43,198 bases of DNA from a virus, in UHGV virus genome UHGV-1555466. One strand, written 5' to 3'. The notes below the pieces were generated by a model that was not told where the DNA came from, did no database searches, and worked only from the letters and a program-made list of their open reading frames with translations. Both the position numbers and the translations under genes were made by a program. Shown piece after piece: positions 10,048 through 19,259 of this stretch (positions are counted from its first letter, which is position 1; the number at the start of each line of letters is the position of its first letter).

Positions 10048-11349
10048 TCAGATGAGGTCTGCGGTTAGCGTATCGTCGGATACGTCGTCGAAATCATTTA
10101 CAGGGTTGATATTGAGTGCGGGGCGTGGGTCTGACTCGGGAACGACGGTTGGTTTACCATCAGCTCGTGTTATCAGTGCCTCGACTTTTGACCAACGGCG
10201 TGGACTGGCCTTTTTGATAAGTTTTTCGGCTTTTGTGGGACTAATAAGTTTAAAGTCGAATACTTCTTCAGTTTTGTACCTGAACTGGTCCTTCAGAAGT
10301 GCGCGAGCTGCCTCTTCATCACTCCAGGCCCGGTTACCTTGTTTTCCTGTTACCAGTTTAAACCCCGGTACCGGATGTCCGGCATTGAGTTCATTGTGAA
10401 CCCGGTCCCGTACTGCCTTTAGCCAGGACTCAATAAAGTCGGCCTGGCTATAGATCTCCGCAAGCTGCTCAATGGTTAACAGAGGTACACGTGCGCTGGC
10501 ATTGGTGATTATTTCGCTGACAGGCTTTGTCAGATCTTCAAAGTCGCTGGCCGCTGTTTGTAAATGCTGCATTTTCTGGGCAGTGCAAATAGCTTTTGCT
10601 TTACAGAAGCGGCACTGCTTTTCTCCAGGTATGAAGTTTTCCAGCGGTAGTGTCTCAATGCCTTCGCATTCAGCAATATTGAGAACAAGGATCGCACTGG
10701 TTGCGGCCTCCTGTGCTCGTTTACCGAAAGACTGAAGTTCCTGCACGGTTAACGACCATTCTGAAACGTGGTTGAGCCTTGGCTGGTGAATAAATAATCT
10801 TACAGTCTCAAAGTCATACAGCATGCTGAATTGTTCGAGAGCACCCAGAGCATACAGTTGTAGTTGCTCATTTTGTTCTGCATCAATGCGGACGCCTTTG
10901 CCATATTTCAGGTCGTGGATTTGTAATTCGCTACCAGCGATGATTATGCCGTCGGCAGTTCCGAAAGATTCTTCCACACCCGTTATATGTGAGAAATCAA
11001 CACGTTGTTCAACCAATAGTTCATTATTCTGTGCAAGAGTCCAGACCGTATCAACATACCGGCCAACGGCTTCGACCATTTCATCATCCACCTGTGGGCC
11101 AGATGTATCATCAGGATTTTCGCGAAGGGGGTATGAGCCGAGAAACATAGAAACATTGCATCCGGCGTAGTGTTCCGGGTGGCTTTGCCTGTTTCGTAGA
11201 ACTTTTTCAGCAAGCGCGTGCGCTGCAGTGCCCTCGATTGCAAAAGTTGTTTCTTTATCCGGTTGTGTGGCCTCCAGCGCCAGACTTCCTGGGCAGCGCA
11301 TCCATCGATGCGCTGATGATGGAGAAAGTTGTGCATGAACGTCTGGCAT
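10048..11349 (-). CDS. DUF2800-family PD-(D/E)xK nuclease (Cas4-like, C-terminal Cys cluster)
   Basis: 433 aa; N-terminal [22 protein letters not shown] core, [14 protein letters not shown] cysteine cluster, acidic C-terminus. Confidence 0.7.
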   Translation of the reverse strand: MPDVHAQLSPSSAHRWMRCPGSLALEATQPDKETTFAIEGTAAHALAEKVLRNRQSHPEHYAGCNVSMFLGSYPLRENPDDTSGPQVDDEMVEAVGRYVDTVWTLAQNNELLVEQRVDFSHITGVEESFGTADGIIIAGSELQIHDLKYGKGVRIDAEQNEQLQLYALGALEQFSMLYDFETVRLFIHQPRLNHVSEWSLTVQELQSFGKRAQEAATSAILVLNIAECEGIETLPLENFIPGEKQCRFCKAKAICTAQKMQHLQTAASDFEDLTKPVSEIITNASARVPLLTIEQLAEIYSQADFIESWLKAVRDRVHNELNAGHPVPGFKLVTGKQGNRAWSDEEAARALLKDQFRYKTEEVFDFKLISPTKAEKLIKKASPRRWSKVEALITRADGKPTVVPESDPRPALNINPVNDFDDVSDDTLTADLI

Positions 11350-11351
11350 GA

Positions 11352-12254
11352 TTAACCCTCCAGTGCTTTTTCAGCCAGGGTGATTACTTCAGCGAGATTT
11401 TCATCCGTTACTTCACCAAGTTTCCTGGCTCCCTGTTTTTCCAGAATTGCAATAGCTTCTGCCCGGTAACCCCCTTTTGCTAACTGGAGGATCAACCCTT
11501 CAGCTTGTTTGCGTAGTGCCGCGAAATCAATTGTATGGTCATCTTTGGCGTCATTATTCTGGCTGGAATTTGCTGTGTCTCTGCGTGCAAATTCTTCCTG
11601 CAGCTGAAGGTACTCAACACGGTTGGTCTCGATATGGCCTTTTTTCAGCATCTCGTTCAACTTGCGTAAGGTGTGGAGTTCACTGGCTGCTGTGCCGGAT
11701 ACATTTTTGACGTAAAACGGCCCCGTGCGTTCTCCATCTTTGTTACTGGCCTTTTTCGGCTTAACTTCATCACGCCCATCCGCAGGTGCATCAAGTAGCT
11801 GCTCGGCAAAAGCACGTCGCTCGCCGATGGTTGGCAGGTCGTCCCAGAACTTAAGGATGTTACGGGACAGGTCCAGGAGAGCAGGTTTAAGCAGCGCCCT
11901 GGCTCGTTTGACGCCCTGCAATGCGCTGTCGAGAGCATCAATCTGAACTACTCGTTTATCGCCTTCAGCATCACGGTAGGCAACAGCACGTTGCAGCATG
12001 TCTTCTGTGATAGGGGTGGCTACTGGGTAGAAACCAGCCAGTGCGATAACGTCGCTGAACTCCAGATCATCCAGTGTCATTGCCGCTGACATATTTTCAG
12101 TTTCAGTTGCTGTATCCCGACATTCCTGCACTCGTGAAATCGTGTCAGGATGCATAACAATACCTGATGCCATTGTGCGGATAAGACGTTCAAGCAGCGC
12201 ATTATGTTGTGCCAGAAGTTGATTATTAAGTTCGAGACTGGTTTCTAAACTCAT
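11352..12254 (-). CDS. hypothetical phage early protein
   Basis: 300-aa ORF in operon; ATGA overlap with upstream small ORF. Confidence 0.6.
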   Translation of the reverse strand: MSLETSLELNNQLLAQHNALLERLIRTMASGIVMHPDTISRVQECRDTATETENMSAAMTLDDLEFSDVIALAGFYPVATPITEDMLQRAVAYRDAEGDKRVVQIDALDSALQGVKRARALLKPALLDLSRNILKFWDDLPTIGERRAFAEQLLDAPADGRDEVKPKKASNKDGERTGPFYVKNVSGTAASELHTLRKLNEMLKKGHIETNRVEYLQLQEEFARRDTANSSQNNDAKDDHTIDFAALRKQAEGLILQLAKGGYRAEAIAILEKQGARKLGEVTDENLAEVITLAEKALEG

Positions 12255-12400
12255 ACTGTGGTCCTCGCTACAAGGAGAATGAAAGTGATGATCAGACCGA
12301 GCGCAGTGGCAACGGCCAGACCGGTCATCAAATCGAAGTTTTTACGGCGATAACGGAGAACATCGCGCCCCGTCAGTCGATAGAGGTGTTCAGGTTTCAT
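12251..12400 (-). CDS. small hydrophobic peptide (49 aa), first gene of the leftward operon
   Basis: [49 protein letters not shown] read from the minus strand; AGGA about 10 nt upstream; stop overlaps next ATG. Confidence 0.35.
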   Translation of the reverse strand: MKPEHLYRLTGRDVLRYRRKNFDLMTGLAVATALGLIITFILLVARTTV

Positions 12401-12460
12401 CGGTTGTATTCCTTTTTTCATATCGGGGAGCGCGCTGTTGCGAGTGCGCTTTCAGACATA

Positions 12461-12485
12461 AAAAAGCCCGTCATTTGCGGCGGGC
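12461..12485 (-). terminator. intrinsic terminator-like hairpin upstream of the leftward operon
   Basis: gcccg(12466-12470)/cgggc(12481-12485) followed on the minus strand by UUUUUUAU. Confidence 0.4.
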
Positions 12486-12624
12486 AAAGACTACACACAG
12501 CAATTACATGGATATCATCGAGTGCCTGCTTTTAACCACATCAGGCGAGGTGGTTCTCCTTGTACCCCTACAGTGAGAAATCGTCTAATATCTCTTCACC
12601 CCTACAGTTTGAGAGAGATTAGAT

Positions 12625-13194
12625 ATGTCTGAAGAAAAAGGAATTCTTTCCCGGATAACTGAATCGTTATCCGGCGTGGGAGGAGCAATTAAAGGCGCGG
12701 TTGGAGCAGCAAGAGAGATTCAGAATCTGACTGTCGACTATGCAGTTAAAGAGAAGACGCACACCTTACTCGATAAGCTAATGGATGTTCAGATGCAGCA
12801 AATGTCGCTTCAGGAGCTGCTGATTGCGGCTAAGGAGAAAATTGTTGAACTGGAAAATGAGAAAGTAAAGCAAGAGAACTGGGCCGCTGAAGCGGCGAGC
12901 TATGAACTTTACCAGCCTATGCGGGGTACTCTGGTCTATCGCAGCAAGCTTTCTGCAGATACTGACCAATCTCCGGTTTATATTTGTCCCAATTGCTACG
13001 AGCAAAAGAGAAAATCTATATTGCAAGCGGAAGGTCTGGTTATTAAGCCAGGCCTTGGGCGAGCCGTTAATATGGTTTGTTCGCACTGTAGGGCTTCCTA
13101 TCTGTTCAACCGAAATGCTTTAGAGGCCAGACTGCCTGCTGAAGATGAAAATCCGGGGAAGGCAATCACGGATTACGATCCTTACAACCAGTAA
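12625..13194 (+). CDS. hypothetical protein, coiled-coil plus C-terminal zinc ribbon (immunity-region moron)
   Basis: 189 aa; heptad-rich middle, CPNC...CSHC; GAGAG RBS; own downstream hairpin. Confidence 0.6.
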   Translation: MSEEKGILSRITESLSGVGGAIKGAVGAAREIQNLTVDYAVKEKTHTLLDKLMDVQMQQMSLQELLIAAKEKIVELENEKVKQENWAAEAASYELYQPMRGTLVYRSKLSADTDQSPVYICPNCYEQKRKSILQAEGLVIKPGLGRAVNMVCSHCRASYLFNRNALEARLPAEDENPGKAITDYDPYNQ

Positions 13195-13244
13195 TTTCTT
13201 TAAGCATGGGTACCCTTCCGGCCACCCAGAGTTAAAGGAACTAA

Positions 13245-13270
13245 GCGCCCCATCGTCGGGGCGTTTCAAC
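13245..13270 (+). terminator. hairpin after the 189-aa gene
   Basis: gcgcccc/ggggcg stem with short U-run. Confidence 0.4.
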
Positions 13271-13500
13271 TTGCGTGACTTATCAGTTCGTCGCGGTGTT
13301 GTCCTCTACGCTTACCGTACGCATACGGACTCGGCGCTTACCTCGATCCCATCGGGTGCCATTTCATTTTGCCAGGAGTACTGCGGCTTACCTGTCACGC
13401 GGTTCAGTTTGTTAAAGAGCTGGTATTAAAAAACGCATTAATTATGCGGTATCGTATTTATATGCGTTATGGGATTTTGCGTCAATACGAAAATGAATTA

Positions 13501-13540
13501 TTTTGCAAATAAGAAAACCGCCCTTGTGGAGAGCGGTTTG
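13501..13540 (-). terminator. intrinsic terminator after cI
   Basis: aaccgc(13516-13521)/gcggtt(13533-13538), then UUCUUAUUUG on the minus strand. Confidence 0.45.
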
Positions 13541-13569
13541 ATCAGAAGTAAGTTATCAGACTGTAAAGG

Positions 13570-14244
13570 TTAGTACATGCGTAGCGCGGATTTGGCGATC
13601 CCCGCCACGTAATGGATTTTTTCAATGTTTTCGCGTGGTACTCTGACTGGTGGATGATCTTCATTTACAGACATTAGATGGAACAGGCCATCGCGTTCGA
13701 ACAAGAAGGTTTTAACCATGACCTCACCGTCCCGGGTAACCACAAGTACTTCATCACCAGGAGTGTAGTCGTGGTTGGGTTCGACGATTACGAACTCACC
13801 CTCTTTGATTCTAGGCATCATTGAATCACCAACACATTTCAGGGCGTATGCATCTTCATCCTTTGTCGGCCAGTATATGAAACCATCACTGCTACCTACT
13901 GAATATTGGGTGTCGCTCCAAAGTCCTCCAACGCCTAGCTGAGTGTTTCCCAAAACAGGTACTTTATTAAACCTAAGAGAAATATACGTTTTTATACCCG
14001 TCGCGTCCTCTTTCTCCATTTCTTGAAGGCTCCTTTCTGCCAGGTCTATTGGTGACACGTGGAAGTAGTCGGCGATCTGCTTTAACGTTGCGTATTTCGG
14101 ATCTTTCACCTCTCCTGATACCAGCCTGTGTAGCGTTGGTTGGTTCAGTTGTAACCGACGTGCCAGCTCAGTTATCGAGCTTATCTTGGCTTTGTCCATC
14201 AGGTACTTGATGTTTTGAGAAAGGATATCGGTAGTATCAATCAT
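13570..14244 (-). CDS. CI-like repressor (HTH plus S24 LexA-type peptidase domain)
   Basis: 224 aa; N-terminal HTH; C-terminal GDSM and downstream Lys characteristic of autocleaving repressors. Confidence 0.85.
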   Translation of the reverse strand: MIDTTDILSQNIKYLMDKAKISSITELARRLQLNQPTLHRLVSGEVKDPKYATLKQIADYFHVSPIDLAERSLQEMEKEDATGIKTYISLRFNKVPVLGNTQLGVGGLWSDTQYSVGSSDGFIYWPTKDEDAYALKCVGDSMMPRIKEGEFVIVEPNHDYTPGDEVLVVTRDGEVMVKTFLFERDGLFHLMSVNEDHPPVRVPRENIEKIHYVAGIAKSALRMY

Positions 14245-14385
14245 TTGGATTCATCCATGTTGTATACAGGGACGGTGATTATGCGTTATCGGATATTTTA
14301 ATCCAGGATGATATAGAATTGCCGTATTGCTGAATAATCCGTTTTCGTATAAATTTGCGCTATAGACGAAAGTGGAGACTTAAAT
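14245..14385. promoter_or_regulatory. divergent cI/cro promoter-operator region
   Basis: Intergenic between divergent repressor and Cro-like genes; candidate rightward promoter TTGCTG (~14328) and TATAAA (~14349), GGAG RBS before cro. Confidence 0.5.
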
Positions 14386-14586
14386 ATGTCCGGACTAACA
14401 CCACAAGAGATGGTCAAAAGCTTGATTGATTCAGGGTATACCCAAAACCAAATTGCCGAAATTGCAGGCGTGAAGCAGTCTTCTATTAGTCGGCTTCTCA
14501 CCGGGGTTCATTCTGACCCTCGCTTTTCTACAGTACGTGCGATAGAAAAGCTTTTTCAGGAAGTGACAGCTAGACAAAAGGCGTAA
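14386..14586 (+). CDS. Cro-like HTH regulator
   Basis: 66 aa; YTQNQIAEIAGVKQSSISRL helix-turn-helix; divergent from cI. Confidence 0.7.
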   Translation: MSGLTPQEMVKSLIDSGYTQNQIAEIAGVKQSSISRLLTGVHSDPRFSTVRAIEKLFQEVTARQKA

Positions 14587-14589
14587 CCC

Positions 14590-16851
14590 ATGTCTGATAA
14601 CAAACCATGGGGAGCTACGCCCGATGAGTGGTTCCACTTCGATCTGGTGTTGGGGATGACAGACAGGCTTTTACCTGTGGTGTCCAATCCCTGTGCAGAA
14701 CTGTCGCCTAATAGCAAGCTGTCTCATAATTTCGGCAAAACCCCCAGTCGCTACAATGGCCAACGTAAGGTTGTTGGTATCCCCGACTGGGCTAACTATG
14801 TTGTTACGGAAAACGATTTTGCCCGGTGGTCGAACGAACCCGATTACGGTATTTGCGTTCGTACTGGCGACGGGGTGGTGGCTCTGGACTGCGATATCAA
14901 TGACGCCGGGATGCAGGAGATCGTACGCAATATTATCCTGTCATGCCTGGGGGAACTTCCGCCACGTCGCTGGCGGGCTGACAGTCATAAATGCCTGTAC
15001 CTGATTGCTGTTGATGGCGACTACCGTAAACGTGGTCACCGCCTGGAAGGCGAAAACAAACAAATAGAGCTGCTCGCTAAGGGCCAGCAGTTTGTGGCTT
15101 GTGGTACCCATCCGGCAGGCGAACGTATTCAGTGGGACTGCGGTCTGCCCGGCGAACCTCTGAAAATTACATCTGAACAGCTCGAAAGCCTGTGGCAGCG
15201 TCTGGCGGATAACTTACCCGTGAAAGACAGCTATACCGCAGGTGCAGGACGTCAGCGTGATCTTTCCTGTGTTGATCCTTCCGCGACAGATGATGTCGCC
15301 GACTGGCTTGACGCGAACGGGTGGACTCTGTCAGTCAGCTCTGATGGTTCCCGCAATCTGAAACCGTTTCGGGATGAGTCAGAATACAGCAACGGTTGCA
15401 GCGAAACATCCATTAAGTATTTCCCAAAAGGGACGGGGGGATTTGAACAGGGACATTTTAAAAGCATGCACAACACCGATGCGGGGCTTACTGATGCCGA
15501 CTGGCTGGAAGGCTACGGCTATACGCAATCCCTGTTCGAAGATCTCACGGTGGTTGAAGATGGCGATAAGCCTGAATTTACCGATATTAATACAGATATG
15601 ACAGCTCATTTTCTGGAACGCTTTATCTACGTCATCGAGGGTGACCAGGTATGTGATCTTAGCCGACCGCCATATCAGTGCATGATGGATATGAAGTCGT
15701 TCAAAAACCTGATGGCGCCTTACCAGTTCCCGCCAGAAGGGAAAGGGCAACCAACTCCCGCAACCAAACGGTGGATAGAGCATCGGCATAAGAAGATTGC
15801 TGAGACGACAGGCTATAAGCCCGGTGCGGGACGTATTATCGAGCGTTTCGACGGGCGGTTTGAGATAAACGAATTTTATATGCCTGAGCATCCACGTACA
15901 GCGGATACAAGTAAGGTGTCCACGTTCCTTAATCATATGGCGTATCTGGTACCTGATGCCTGGCAGCGCGAGTTTTTCATCGCCCGTCTGGGGTGGATGG
16001 TTCAGCGTCCGGAGCGTCGATGCCCGATTTCTATTCTGCATGTGGCTTCCGCACATGGTACGGGCAGAGGATGGGTCAGCCAGTTAATGGAGCGCGTGCT
16101 TGGTCCGTGGAACTGTGCTCGTACTCGCATGAAGATCCTGTGCGATAACCAGTTCCATGACTATCTGTACAATACGCTTCTATGCACCATTGACGAGGTG
16201 CGCGAAAATGATAAGCGGTATGAGGTGAACGATAAGATCCGTGACGTGCTGACAGAACCACGGTTTGAAGTGAACCGCAAATATGGCAGCAAAAAAACGA
16301 TGGATATATACACCGGCTTTCTGTTCTACACCAACCACTTTGATGCGCTGGCGCTGCCAGAGGAAGACCGACGTATCGCTGTGCTGGGGGGCCCTGACTT
16401 CGCCGCAACTGAAGAGCATTACGCCAGCCTGTACGGTGCGCTAAGCGACAGCGACTTTATCGCCCAGGTGTACTGGTATCTGATGGGCGTTGACCTGTCT
16501 CGCTTTAACTGGCAGCGCGCCCCCGAGACGAAAGAACGCCTTCTGATGATTGAAAGCAATAAGAGCGATGTGGAGGCTGCTCTTATTGAAATCCTGGATA
16601 ATCCGCCTGTGCCAGCAATGACTTATCAACAAATTGTTAACGCAATACTGGCAGAAGCAGGAATGGATGTAGAAATTAACCAGAAGCATATTACTCGCAT
16701 TTTGAAAGAAAGAACAAAGCGGGAACCCGTACGCGTAAAAATTGACGGGTTTGTATATAGGATTTGGATTCTTGTAAAAAATAACGATTTCAGCAACGAA
16801 GAATTGCGCGAAATATATAAATCTTGCGAAATTTTGCAATCTGGATTGTAA
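14590..16851 (+). CDS. putative replication initiation protein / DNA primase (prim-pol-like N-terminus)
   Basis: 753-aa ORF right after cro and followed by an iteron cluster; domain call by position and loose motif resemblance. Confidence 0.55.
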   Translation: MSDNKPWGATPDEWFHFDLVLGMTDRLLPVVSNPCAELSPNSKLSHNFGKTPSRYNGQRKVVGIPDWANYVVTENDFARWSNEPDYGICVRTGDGVVALDCDINDAGMQEIVRNIILSCLGELPPRRWRADSHKCLYLIAVDGDYRKRGHRLEGENKQIELLAKGQQFVACGTHPAGERIQWDCGLPGEPLKITSEQLESLWQRLADNLPVKDSYTAGAGRQRDLSCVDPSATDDVADWLDANGWTLSVSSDGSRNLKPFRDESEYSNGCSETSIKYFPKGTGGFEQGHFKSMHNTDAGLTDADWLEGYGYTQSLFEDLTVVEDGDKPEFTDINTDMTAHFLERFIYVIEGDQVCDLSRPPYQCMMDMKSFKNLMAPYQFPPEGKGQPTPATKRWIEHRHKKIAETTGYKPGAGRIIERFDGRFEINEFYMPEHPRTADTSKVSTFLNHMAYLVPDAWQREFFIARLGWMVQRPERRCPISILHVASAHGTGRGWVSQLMERVLGPWNCARTRMKILCDNQFHDYLYNTLLCTIDEVRENDKRYEVNDKIRDVLTEPRFEVNRKYGSKKTMDIYTGFLFYTNHFDALALPEEDRRIAVLGGPDFAATEEHYASLYGALSDSDFIAQVYWYLMGVDLSRFNWQRAPETKERLLMIESNKSDVEAALIEILDNPPVPAMTYQQIVNAILAEAGMDVEINQKHITRILKERTKREPVRVKIDGFVYRIWILVKNNDFSNEELREIYKSCEILQSGL

Positions 16852-16854
16852 AAA

Positions 16855-17118
16855 GGTGACGGCTAGGTGACGGCAAAACGCTTAAGCGTCACCTTAAAAA
16901 GTATATATAAAACAATGGGAAATGTGCTAAAGGTGACAGGTGACGGCAGAATTTAAAACTATATACGCGATAGTGTGTATTTTAGGTATTATACGATCGC
17001 TTATATATAGAGAACTAAAATCAACCGTCACCTGTCACCTAAAACATCTTCAGGCCTTATATGGCGCGCTTTGCAGCAGGTGACGGATATGTAATTACGC
17101 GTCACCTAGCCGTCACCC
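16855..17118. repeat. iteron cluster: at least 9 copies of GGTGAC(GG) in both orientations around an AT-rich core; candidate replication origin
   Basis: GGTGACGG at 16855, 16866, 16939, 17079; GGTGAC at 16932; inverted copies at 16887-16895, 17025-17040, 17100-17118; 16855-16873 is the inverted partner of 17100-17118. Confidence 0.6.
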
Positions 17119-17166
17119 GGAAATTAACTTGAAAAAATTAGCAAATAACTAAATGAGGATACGACG

Positions 17167-17457
17167 ATGTCAAAGATATTCCGCCAATGTATGCCTTACG
17201 GTATCCGCAAAACAGCTGAGGGGGCTTGGGAAGCATTCAACAGAGACTACCAGCCCTTAGGGGAGGCTTTTTTCTTCAAAAGAGCACTAACGCAGGCCAC
17301 TCGAGATGTGTTGGCGCCACCGCCGGTAACTCAGCGCGACGACTGTGTATGGCTGTATAGCGATATCGAGCACCCGATGCACTCTGAGGCTTACTGGAAA
17401 GCGTATTGCCAGCGGCTTAAACATCTTTCTAACCTCAAAATGAAAGATGAACGGTAA
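17167..17457 (+). CDS. hypothetical phage protein
   Basis: 96-aa ORF with GAGGA RBS. Confidence 0.5.
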   Translation: MSKIFRQCMPYGIRKTAEGAWEAFNRDYQPLGEAFFFKRALTQATRDVLAPPPVTQRDDCVWLYSDIEHPMHSEAYWKAYCQRLKHLSNLKMKDER

Positions 17458-17482
17458 GTAGCAAAACGTAGAGGTCAGAGCT

Positions 17483-17905
17483 ATGCGTGATATTCGACTG
17501 GTTTTAGAGCGATGGGGGGGCTGGGCTGCGAGCGAAGGTTGCAGTGTCTACTATCCACCTGTTTCCGCTGGATTTAAGAATCTGCTACCTGCAACGCAAG
17601 CCGGGCGGCTGAAGTGCAGTGACAATGACGGTCTGATCATCAGCTCTGCTATGAACTGCCTGAAGAAAAAAGATCCGTACCTGTGTACGCTCCTTGAGTG
17701 GCATTACATCCAGGCGATGCCTGTGAGGGCTATGGGTGTGAAGCTCGGCGTATCACACACTCAAGTTCTGAAGAGGCTCCAGGCTGCAGAGGGATTTATC
17801 GACGGCTGCCTGGCTATGCTGGACGTGGTTCTGGAAATGGATCAAGCAGTTCAGTCAAAGCCTAAGGCTATCAGGACTTTGCGAAGGAGCTGCCCGGCGG
17901 CATAA
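17483..17905 (+). CDS. antitermination protein Q
   Basis: 140 aa; MRDIRLVLERWGGWAA N-terminus and KRLQAAEGFIDGCLAMLDVVLEMD resemble lambdoid Q proteins such as QuuD. Confidence 0.75.
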   Translation: MRDIRLVLERWGGWAASEGCSVYYPPVSAGFKNLLPATQAGRLKCSDNDGLIISSAMNCLKKKDPYLCTLLEWHYIQAMPVRAMGVKLGVSHTQVLKRLQAAEGFIDGCLAMLDVVLEMDQAVQSKPKAIRTLRRSCPAA

Positions 17906-18058
17906 TATCCAGTAATCAATCACGTAAGGGAATCAGATGGTATTCAGGATTGCCGTAAACACCTGACGGCTTCAGGTATCAAGGTAAGATAAAAAATAGT
18001 TGTGGAATTCCAAAAAGCCGATTAGCCTGATATCTGTTGAAAACAGTTCATCACGAAG

Positions 18059-18083
18059 AGGCTTCCGCAAGGGGGCCTTTTTT
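18059..18083 (+). terminator. intrinsic terminator downstream of Q (tR'-like)
   Basis: 8-bp stem 18059-18066/18071-18078 with GCAA tetraloop, then UUUUU. Confidence 0.5.
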
Positions 18084-18313
18084 ATTGCCCCATTCTGGGG
18101 AAAAGTTAATAAAACAGGGCTTTCGCTGCGAAAAAACGCTATGCAGTTTTTGCCCTTTTTTATGCACCTTTTATTCACTCGAATTTCGTCATTCTGGACC
18201 ACTTAAGTTGATTAAATAGGCCTTTCATCGCAAATCTATTGCGAGCGGGGATCGTGTGGTTCCTATAACGTACATTATGTTAAATAACTTCCTTTTTTAA
18301 CAAATTTAACAAG

Positions 18314-18337
18314 GTTCGCTATGGCGAACTTTTTTTG
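18314..18337 (+). terminator. second intrinsic terminator before the lysis genes
   Basis: gttcgc/gcgaac stem, loop tatg, then UUUUUUU. Confidence 0.55.
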
Positions 18338-18437
18338 TATTCAGGGCCCACCGAAGGACGGCTCATAACCCAATCCTACGGGCGTATACGCAGGGCCCGC
18401 CTTTCAACAACACCCCGTAATGGCGGAGGTGGGAAGT

Positions 18438-18779
18438 ATGAAAATGCACAATGCTCCTCATTCCTGGCCTGACTTACTGGAACTCTTACAAAGTTGGTGG
18501 CGTGGAGATACGCCGTTGGGCGCAGTGGTTATGTCAATTGTTATGGCTGGCTTGCGCATTGCCTATTTTGGCGGTGGCGGCGGCTGGAAACGAAAAACGC
18601 TTGAGATTTTGCTCTGTGGTGCTCTGACGCTGACTTTTGCATCCGCTCTTGAGTATGTCGGATGGCCTAAATCGCTTTCTGTTGCCATTGGTGGTGGTGT
18701 TGGGCTGATCGGTGTCGATGCTATTCGTGGGGCTGCAATGCGAGTAATCGGTAACAAGTTTGGTGGCTCTAAGGAGTAA
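18438..18779 (+). CDS. class I holin (lambda S-like, probable dual-start MKM)
   Basis: Three hydrophobic segments; GGAGGTGGG RBS ahead of the ATG at 18438; Met-Lys-Met start resembles lambda S107/S105. Confidence 0.7.
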   Translation: MKMHNAPHSWPDLLELLQSWWRGDTPLGAVVMSIVMAGLRIAYFGGGGGWKRKTLEILLCGALTLTFASALEYVGWPKSLSVAIGGGVGLIGVDAIRGAAMRVIGNKFGGSKE

Positions 18780-18782
18780 TTC

Positions 18783-19259
18783 ATGCAGACACTAAATTCC
18801 CAACGTAAAGCTTTCCTGGATATGGTGGCATGGTCAGAAGGAACGGATAACGGGCGACAACCGACACGTAATCACGGTTATGACGTTATCGTCGGAGGTG
18901 AGTTGTTCACTGATTACTCCGATCACCCTCGCAAACTTGTCACGCTAAACCCGAAGCTTAAATCAACAGCCGCAGGCCGGTATCAGCTTCTTTCACGCTG
19001 GTGGGATGCCTACCGCAAGCAGCTTGGCCTGAAAGATTTTTCGCCAGAAAGTCAGGACGCTGTGGCGCTGCAGCAGATTAAAGAGCGTGGCGCTTTACCG
19101 ATGATTGACCGTGGCGATATTCGTCAGGCAATCGACCGTTGCAGCAATATCTGGGCGTCGTTACCTGGTGCAGGTTACGGTCAGTATGAACATAAAATCG
19201 GTGACCTGATTTCCAGGTTTAAAGATGCTGGTGGGGTGGTAAATGAAGCTGACTTATAA
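18783..19259 (+). CDS. R: endolysin, lambda R-type lytic transglycosylase
   Basis: 158 aa, near-identical over most of its length to lambda R as recalled (QRKAFLDMxAWSEGTDNGRQ...). Confidence 0.9.
   Translation: MQTLNSQRKAFLDMVAWSEGTDNGRQPTRNHGYDVIVGGELFTDYSDHPRKLVTLNPKLKSTAAGRYQLLSRWWDAYRKQLGLKDFSPESQDAVALQQIKERGALPMIDRGDIRQAIDRCSNIWASLPGAGYGQYEHKIGDLISRFKDAGGVVNEADL

Noticed and set aside
13145-13429. 94-aa plus-strand ORF between the 189-aa gene and cI
   Set aside because: Overlaps the 189-aa gene's 3' end and its terminator hairpin, no RBS; probably non-coding.
14298-14637. Minus-strand ORFs (67 and 68 aa) across the switch region and cro
   Set aside because: Antisense to cro and to the operator region; cro has a clear HTH and RBS.
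16855-17118. Possible CRISPR array
   Set aside because: Repeats are only 6-8 bp, irregularly spaced and in both orientations, with no cas genes; this fits iterons, not CRISPR.
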